Of a stretch of DNA of 64,000 nucleotides, positions 55,550 through 64,000 are shown piece by piece. How positions within the stretch are numbered: position 1 is the stretch's first letter; the number at the start of each line of letters is the position of its first letter. The stretch lies in NCBI RefSeq assembly GCF_009914755.1, contig NC_060945.1, one strand, 5' to 3'. Below the pieces are notes generated by a model. That model did not search any database and was not told the DNA's origin. It worked only from the letters and a program-made list of their open reading frames with translations. This stretch comes from the human T2T-CHM13v2.0 reference genome, Homo sapiens. The translations under genes and the position numbers were made by a program.

Positions 55550-57278
55550 TACTTTTCAACCTCTATTTTAGGTTCAGAGGTATAAGTGCAGGATTGTTAT
55601 ATAGGTAAATTGCATGTCACAGGGGTTTTGTGTACAGATTCTTTCACCACTCAGGTAATAAGCATAGTACCGGATAGGTAGTTTTTTTAAATCCTCACTC
55701 TCCTCTCTCCCTCCACCCTCAATTAGACCCCATTGTCTGTTGCTCCCTTCTTTGTGTCTATATATACTCAATGTTTACTTCCCATTTGTAAGTGGAAACA
55801 TGCACTATTTGGTTTTCTGTTCTTGTCTTAGTTCACTTAGGATAATGACCTCCAGCTCCATTTATGTTGTTACAAAGGACAAGAAAGATCTCATTCCTTT
55901 TATGGCTATGTATCATTCCATGAAGTATATGTACCACATTCTCCTAATCCAGTCTACCACTGGTGGGCATTTAGATTGATCTGATGTCTTTGATATTGTG
56001 AATAGTGCTACAATGAACATAAACATAGAAGTGTCTTTATGATAGAATAATTTATATTCCTTTGGGTATATACCCAATAATGAGATTGATGGGTTGAATG
56101 GTAATTCTGCTTTGAGTTTTTTGAGAAATCGCCAAATTGCTTCCGCAGTGGCTGAACTAATTTACATTTCCACCAGTAGTTTTTAAGTGTTCCCTGTTCT
56201 CTGCAGCCTTGCCAGCATCTGATACTTTTTGACTTTTATGTAGTAGCCATTCTGACTGTTGTGAGATGGTATCTCACTGTAGTTTTGATTTGCATTTCTA
56301 TAATGATTAGTGATGTTGAGCATTTTTCATATGCTTGTTGGCTACATGTATGTCTTCTTTTGAGAAGTATCTGTGCATGTCATTTGTCCACTTTTTAATG
56401 GGTTTTTTGTTTTTTGTTTGTTTTGCTTGTTGATTAGTTTAAGTTTCTTATAGATTATGGGTGTTAGACCTTTATCCGTTGATTAGTTTGCAAGTATTTA
56501 CTCCCATTCTATAGGTTGTCTGCTTATTCTGTTGATAGTTTCTTTTGCTGTGCAGAAGCTCTTCGGTTTAACAAGGTCCCATTTGTCAATTTTTGTTTTT
56601 GTTGCAGTTGCTATGGCATCTTCGTCATGAAATCTTTGCCACATCAGATGTCCAGAATGGTATTTCTTAGGTTACTTTCCAGGGCTTTTATACTTTGAGG
56701 TTTACATTTAAGTATTTAATCTATCTTGAGTTGATTTTTGTATATGGTGTAAGGAAGGTGTCTAGTTTCAATCTGCATGTGGGTGGCCAGTTATCCCAGA
56801 ACCATTCATTGAATAGGCAGTCCTTTCCCCATTACTTGTTTTTGTCTACTTGTTGAAGATCAGATGGTTATAGGTGTATGGCTCATTTCTGGGCTCTCTA
56901 TTCTGTTTCATTGGTCTATGAGTCTGTTTTTATACCAGTACCATGCTGTTTTGGTCACTGTAGTCTTGTAGCATAGTTTGAAGTCAGGCATAATGCCTCT
57001 GGCTTTGTTCTTTTTGTTTAGAATTGCCTTGGTTCCATATGAATTTTTTAATAGTTTTTTTCTAATTTTGTGAAGAGTATCATTGGTAGTTTAATAGGAA
57101 TAGCATTGAATCCGTAAATTTCTCTGAACAGTATGGCCATTTAAACAACATTGAATCTTCCTATCCATGAGAATGGAATGTTTTTCCATTTGCTTGTGTC
57201 ATCTCTGATTACTTTGAGCAGTGTTTTGTAATTTTTGACATAGAGCACTTTCACCTCCCTGATTAGCTGTATTCCTAG
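55550..57278 (-). mobile_element. 5'-truncated L1PA14-16-like LINE
   Basis: L1PA-type 3' UTR and ORF2. 14-bp TSD 'aata(g/a)ccttgattt' at 55536-55549 and 57279-57292. Confidence 0.92.
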
Positions 57279-57930
57279 AATAACCTTGATTTCAAAACCA
57301 AAGTCTTGACGCAAAGGAAGATTGCAGATCAATCTTCCTCCTCAAGATACATCCAAAATATTAAGCAACTTCTTAGGAAATTATCAAATTAACTCAAATT
57401 TGATTGTATGTAAAACAATGATATCTTTTTCCACTCATAAATTATGTAAAAAGTAGGCAGTGATGTAAGTATTAGGAAAGTTTAGAGGAATATCGAGATC
57501 TCATACACTGTTGTTGTGTATATGGATAACACTTCTAGGTGATGATTTGACAGTACTTACTGAAATGAAAATGCATGTAACCCATGATGCATTAATTTTA
57601 CGCTAGGGAACATAAACCAGAGGATTTATCACATAGATCCACAAAAAGACATTCACAACAATGTTCACCGCCGTATTGTTTATGGAAGAAGAGATTAGAA
57701 GACAATACAAGTAGCCACAGCTATGATGCATGGAATACTACAGAATATGGTGAAATGCTATGTAAGGGCTAGAAACAATTCATTAGGTGTACATGTATCC
57801 TGAGCTAATGTTAAGCTGATTTGCGTAGGTATAATTACAGCAGTTATTTATGCCAATGTCTGATTTCACTAATCAATATCCATAGCATATTAAAAATATT
57901 AAGTATTTTTACTATCACGCTTGCATCTAG

Positions 57931-58647
<717 letters not shown>

Positions 58648-58850
58648 TGTCAGAGTGACAGTAAATACACTGTTTGTTTTAAAATGAGGATCACACTCAC
58701 ATCCCAAAAAACACAATGTATATTTTTGAAATATTCAAGCTATTCCACAATTATAATACATACAAGGAAAAAACAAGGAGGTAATGGGATAGAGATTAGG
58801 GATAATCTGTATAATAATATTATAAAATAAAACAGGAGAAGATATGTTAA

Positions 58851-59198
<348 letters not shown>

Positions 59199-61461
59199 TA
59201 AATTAATCCTATGTATCTGAGGTCTAAAACACACAAGCCAACAAATTAATTCTTCCATTTCCATATACCTTCCTTCTTGTATTTCATTTTTGTTTTAATT
59301 ACAAAAGTAATGCATTGCAAACAGATATTATTTTAATTTTTATTAAGTTAATTTCCCCATTATTCTCTATTTCTGCTAACCAATGTTGACACTTTAGGGT
59401 TTCCCTTTTCTATATGTATCCAAAACAGAATTAACATACTTTGGGTTTTTTATTTTTATTTACTTAACAAGAATGGCATTATGCAACGATTTCAAAAATT
59501 ATTAACTTGTAAATACTTTCCACATAAGAAGTTGTCTGTCATCTGTTTCTCTTTTGTTGACCATCCTCAGTGGGACCTCTGTGAATCTGAGTCAGAGTAT
59601 GAAGAAAGATTGACTCGAATAGTGAAGCTATAGATGGAAAGGAAGGACTTACAGAAAAGAATAGTCACTCCATTTAGACAAGCACTAAAGTGACAAGAGA
59701 GCAGAAGCAGTGAGAAGCTGTGGGAATTACTAGGAGATTTAGATAATGACACCTTCACTTTATTAGGGACTTGCGGCAGGCTATGAATTTAATTCTCTTT
59801 AATGTTTTGGGGGAGAAACATAGCTAAAGCTTATATTTTGTCATTTATGCTGTGTTTTGGCTGTTTTAGCTGTGATGCTTGGATTGTTATTTTAGACACT
59901 GGAATCAGGGGGTTCAAAATTTATAAAGTTTACATATCCCTATTTCATTTTCTCAGTTCACAATCTTTTGCTTTATGTAGACATCATTTTCATATCAATA
60001 TAAAAAGTTACAACTCATTATTTTCTATGCCTACCTAATATTGAAAAATACTGATATACCATAGCATTTGCCATCACTGTATTGTTGACCAATTATATTG
60101 GAAAAAACTAAAATGGATCAATAATATCCAGTGCTTGAGAACATTTCCCAAGATCAGCACTTTTATACCTTGCTGGTGGGAATCTGAAATACTACAAAAC
60201 TGCTGGAGAGAAAGCTGGCAATTTCTACCCTATGGAAATCAAAGCACCAGTCAATAATACTTACAAGGAAGTGTATCATCACAGTGCTTTTATGCTAAAT
60301 AACGTGATAAACATTTTTCTACTGAACAATTATAGATTTGTAAGCATCATGTTATATTTAGTTGCTTCTTATTCTGGGCATATATAAAACAATGCCATAT
60401 GTTTTATTCCTGTGATTTATAAGGTCAAGGACGACATCTGTTTCATTTCTACTGTGGACCACTAAGTTCCACCATTAGCACAGAAGGTGGCTTAATTAAT
60501 ATTACTCAAAAATAATGATAATGAAGCACACAGCAACCCTCCCTTCATCTGCTAGAGTCCATCTCCTTAACTGTGCATGAAGGGAACTAATTATGATATT
60601 TCGTGCTTTTTCTGAAGTGATGTTTAACTACAGCTTAGAAGGCAAAAATGAATGCTACAAGAGATGTTTTGTGTGACTCAAATTTTCCTCCTAATCATCC
60701 AAGTTTTACAAACCCTTAACTCTTTGTTAGAAATTTTAGATCTTTTGTTATATTTACTATATTTCATATATTTATATAAAATAATTTAGTTTTAAATTTT
60801 ACTGATGCACATCTTTTCATGAATTTTGAAATTTCTACTCATAATTTAGCCTTGTGGATTCCAAACATCTTCACTAGCTTCTGAAATTGATGTATGCCTT
60901 TCTCTCCAACTTTAATGAATCCCATTTCCATGTGAATTCATTAGGACTCTCTTTGCTTTCTCATTCTGCTCTTCTGAGGACCCTTTATAAATTTTTTGTC
61001 CAAATAGTTTGTGTTTTTATACAGATTGTATAGTTTTATCTAGAAACAGCCTCCCAAACCTACTGAGCTGTAGGAAGCAATGACAAACACGAGAAAAGAA
61101 GCCTTAGGCCAGACAAATTCTGATTCTCTTATCTTCTGAATCAAGGCTTTCCAAAAGATAAACAAAAGCTACCTATGAGTGGATAAATATGTAAGTAGTG
61201 CTGTTATATTGAACAACTATTTTCTCAGATGAAAGGGGTAAAATTTTACTTACAATAAACATTTCAGCCAAAGATAGTATAGTTCAACAGTAAAGCCAGA
61301 ATTGCTTATTTTGCCCATTTTATCCACTTACTAACATGTTCAGTGTTTCATTTAACAAATATAAATCATATATTACCATACTCTTCACATTGTGTCCATG
61401 AGGCGTGCTATCATGCTGTAAGGGAAACAAGTATGTGCATGCAAGTAAAAGAGAAGGGAAA

Positions 61462-61814
61462 TGTATTAGTCCATTCTCAGACTGCTAATAAAGACATACC
61501 CAAGACTGGGTAATTTATAAAGGAAAGAGGTTTAATTGACTCACAGTTCCAGACAGCTGGGGAGGTCTCACAATCGTGTCAGAAGGTCAATGAGGAGCAA
61601 AGTCACGTCTTCCATGACAGCAGGCAAGAGACAGCTTGCCTCTAGGGGAATTCCATCAGATCTCATGAGTGTTATTCACTATCATGAGAACAGCATGGGA
61701 AAAACCCACCCTCATGATTCAACTACCTCCACCAGGTTTCTCCTATGACACATGGGAATTATCAGAGCTACAATTCAATAGAGATTTGGGTGGGGACACA
61801 GCCAAACTATATCA
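61462..61814 (-). mobile_element. THE1C-like solo LTR
   Basis: Runs from 'tgtattagtcc' to 'cagccaaactatatca'. Perfect TSD 'ggaaa' (61457-61461, 61815-61819). Confidence 0.92.
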
Positions 61815-61820
61815 GGAAAC

Positions 61821-61915
61821 GAAGGGGAGAGGAGAGGAAGAGGAGGAGAGGAAAGAGGAGGGGAAGGGAAAGGAGAGACAAGAAGGGGACGAGAAAAGAA
61901 GAAGAGAAGGAAAGA
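61821..61915. repeat. GA-rich low-complexity polypurine tract
   Basis: About 95 bp, almost entirely G/A. Confidence 0.9.
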
Positions 61916-62985
61916 ATACAAAGAGGTTAGGTAATATAATAGGCATGTTCATGGGATACTATGAAACCAGAAAACTAAAAATAGGTGAAAAATACCAATA
62001 AAGATAATTAAATCCTAATTCATGAGAAGGATTTCTTCAGGTAAAGAAAGTGGAGGAATAAACATCTGTAAAAAAAAAAAAAGTTTCCATTCAGATGTGT
62101 TCTTTATCCATTTACTTTCTTAAAAGAATATTTGACAGAATGCACAGCTGGTGACATGGCCTCACGTGTGGCCCACAGGGTGTTGACAGGCAATACCGTG
62201 AAAGGTGAACAGACAGACTGAGAAGGAGGAGGTCAATGTTGTCGCTCAGCACATGAGGAGACATGTTACACAGTCTCCCTGAAGAAGTGTATAGATTTTC
62301 TAATTAAACAGGATTTGCTCAGTGAAAATCCGAGATCATTGACTGTTAGCACCTTTACTTTTTATAGAACCACTGCTATTTGCCAGTACCCCACAACCTC
62401 CCAGGCACTGTGCAGTGTCTGAGGAAGGGCACTGGGCAAGAAAAGTTATAGGAAATGTGTTTGGTTTGTTCTTTCTATATTGTACCTTCCCTCATCAAAA
62501 ACAGTCACATAGGAGAAAATTTAGATGGAGCATATTTATTTGTTAAAATCTAAGTGTCTTGAAAATAGAGAGAATAAAGGGTTTTAATATTGTTGAGGGA
62601 GCAGAGTAGGAATACAAAAGAGTAAAAAAGAAACAGAGAGAAGTTTCACCTAACGCCCTTACAAAGAAAGAAGCATGAGTTCTGTCCCTGGAGCAGCAAG
62701 AAGCTATGTACCACTCCAGGACACTAAAAAGTTAGCAAGGTCTCAAAGAAGATAGCAGAATTATGCTAAATTCCTAGCTTCAGCAAAGATTTCTGCACTC
62801 CATACTTGGCCTACACAACTTAGCCAATGGATTTCAAAACCACATCATGGGCTAATGTAATGACAAAGTCTTTCATGACCATCACTAGCAAAAATTTATG
62901 GATTTTGATGTTACCTTTGAAGTATAAGCATTACATCTGATGAGATGTAAATTATAATAAATTTACAGATGAAATTTTCTATTAG

Positions 62986-63034
62986 CTATTTTTTACACTA
63001 TTTTTACACTATTTTTTACACTGTTTTTTTACAG
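62986..63034. repeat. Short tandem repeat, about 4 x 'ctattttttaca'
   Basis: Read directly from the sequence. Confidence 0.9.
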
Positions 63035-63334
63035 ATGTTTATTCCTCCACTTTCTTTACCTGAAGTGGCAATTTGGTTTTGCATTATGCAATATAAAATC
63101 AATATTAGAAGTTGTGTAAAGCCTAATTCAAACCTATAAAATGTGTGAGGCAAAATTTTAATGTTTATATTTTATTCTTTTTGTTGGATTCTCGCAGAAG
63201 TTCCTTGAGTTTTTGGTCTTAGACTGCCTTTACATAAGTATATTTTGTGTATACAACAAGATACTAAAGAATGAAACTATGAAAGCCAGTAAAACAGCTA
63301 CATTTTTTCCCAGAAAGTAAGTCAAAGTATATAC

Positions 63335-63891
63335 TTTTGAATACTCTGTCCTTTCCCCAATGTATGTTCTTGACATTTTTGTCAAAAATACATTGACTAT
63401 AAATTCTTAGATTACATTCATGAATTTATTTCTGGTTTTTCAACTTTGTTCCGTTGTTCAATGTGTCTGTTTTTATGACACTACCGTGCTGTTTTAGTTA
63501 CTATGGCTTTGTAGTATAATTTGAAGTCAAGTAATGTAAAGCCTTCAGCTTTGTTTTGTTTTTTTGTTTGTTTGTTGTTGTTGTTGTTGTTAAGAATTGC
63601 TTTGGCTATTCTGGATCTTTTATGGTTCTATATAAATTTTAGGATTATGTTTCTATTTCTGTGAAGAATGTAAATTAGCATAGCTACTATGGGAAAAAGT
63701 GTGGAGGTGTCTCAAAAAAACAAAAATAATACTGCCATAAATTACAGCAATCCCACTGCTAGGTATATATCCAAAAGAAAGGACGTTCATGTAGCCAAGA
63801 GATATCTGCACTCCCATGTTTATTGCAGCACTATTTATAATAATTAAAATATTGAATAAAACTAAGTGTCCATCAAAATTGATGAATGGAT
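63335..63891 (+). mobile_element. L1MA-type element with inversion: antisense about 63335-63671, sense 63666-63891
   Basis: Two ORF2 segments in opposite orientation share the 6-bp junction 'gaatgt'. Confidence 0.78.
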
Positions 63892-64000
63892 TGCCTAAGC
63901 CTAGGAGTTTGAGACCAGCCTAGGCAACACAGAGAGAGACCCTGTCTCTCCAAAAAAAAAAACAGTGATGCATGCTTGTAGTTCCAGCTGCTTGGGAGGC
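63888..64000 (+). mobile_element. AluJ-like fragment lacking its 5' end, running off the window
   Basis: 'ggattgcctaagcctaggagtttgagaccagcctaggcaaca..gaccctgtctc'. Confidence 0.85.

Noticed and set aside
62986-63040. Tandem repeat ending in 'ttttttttacag|atg', resembling a splice acceptor
   Set aside because: No credible downstream ORF, and T-rich repeats readily mimic acceptors.

Overview
This is AT-rich primate (human-like, catarrhine) genomic DNA from a gene desert or a very large intron. I see no protein-coding gene, structural RNA gene, CpG island or prokaryotic system. The ORF track consists of chance ORFs and broken fragments of Alu, L1 ORF2 and THE1-internal ORFs. More than half of the window is recognisable interspersed repeat: old and young L1s, about 11 Alu or Alu-fragment insertions, two near full-length THE1B-type MaLR proviruses plus a truncated third, many solo LTRs (THE1C, MST, MLT1, MLT2, MER50, LTR33), DNA transposon relics (MER20, MER5, Tigger3a), L2 and MIR. 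The most notable structures are four separate 5'-inverted (twin-primed) L1s, a young internally deleted Alu with a perfect 18-bp TSD, a THE1B provirus whose two LTRs look like different subtypes, and a tail-to-tail THE1 inverted repeat carrying three DUX4-type motifs. There is also a unique CpG-retaining segment dense in NF-kB/STAT/E-box/YY1-like motifs (about 15.1-16.2 kb), a CTCF-like site, and a 111-bp non-TE tandem duplication. I found no evidence of a new biological system. Subfamily names come from remembered consensus sequences, and boundaries of old elements are approximate.
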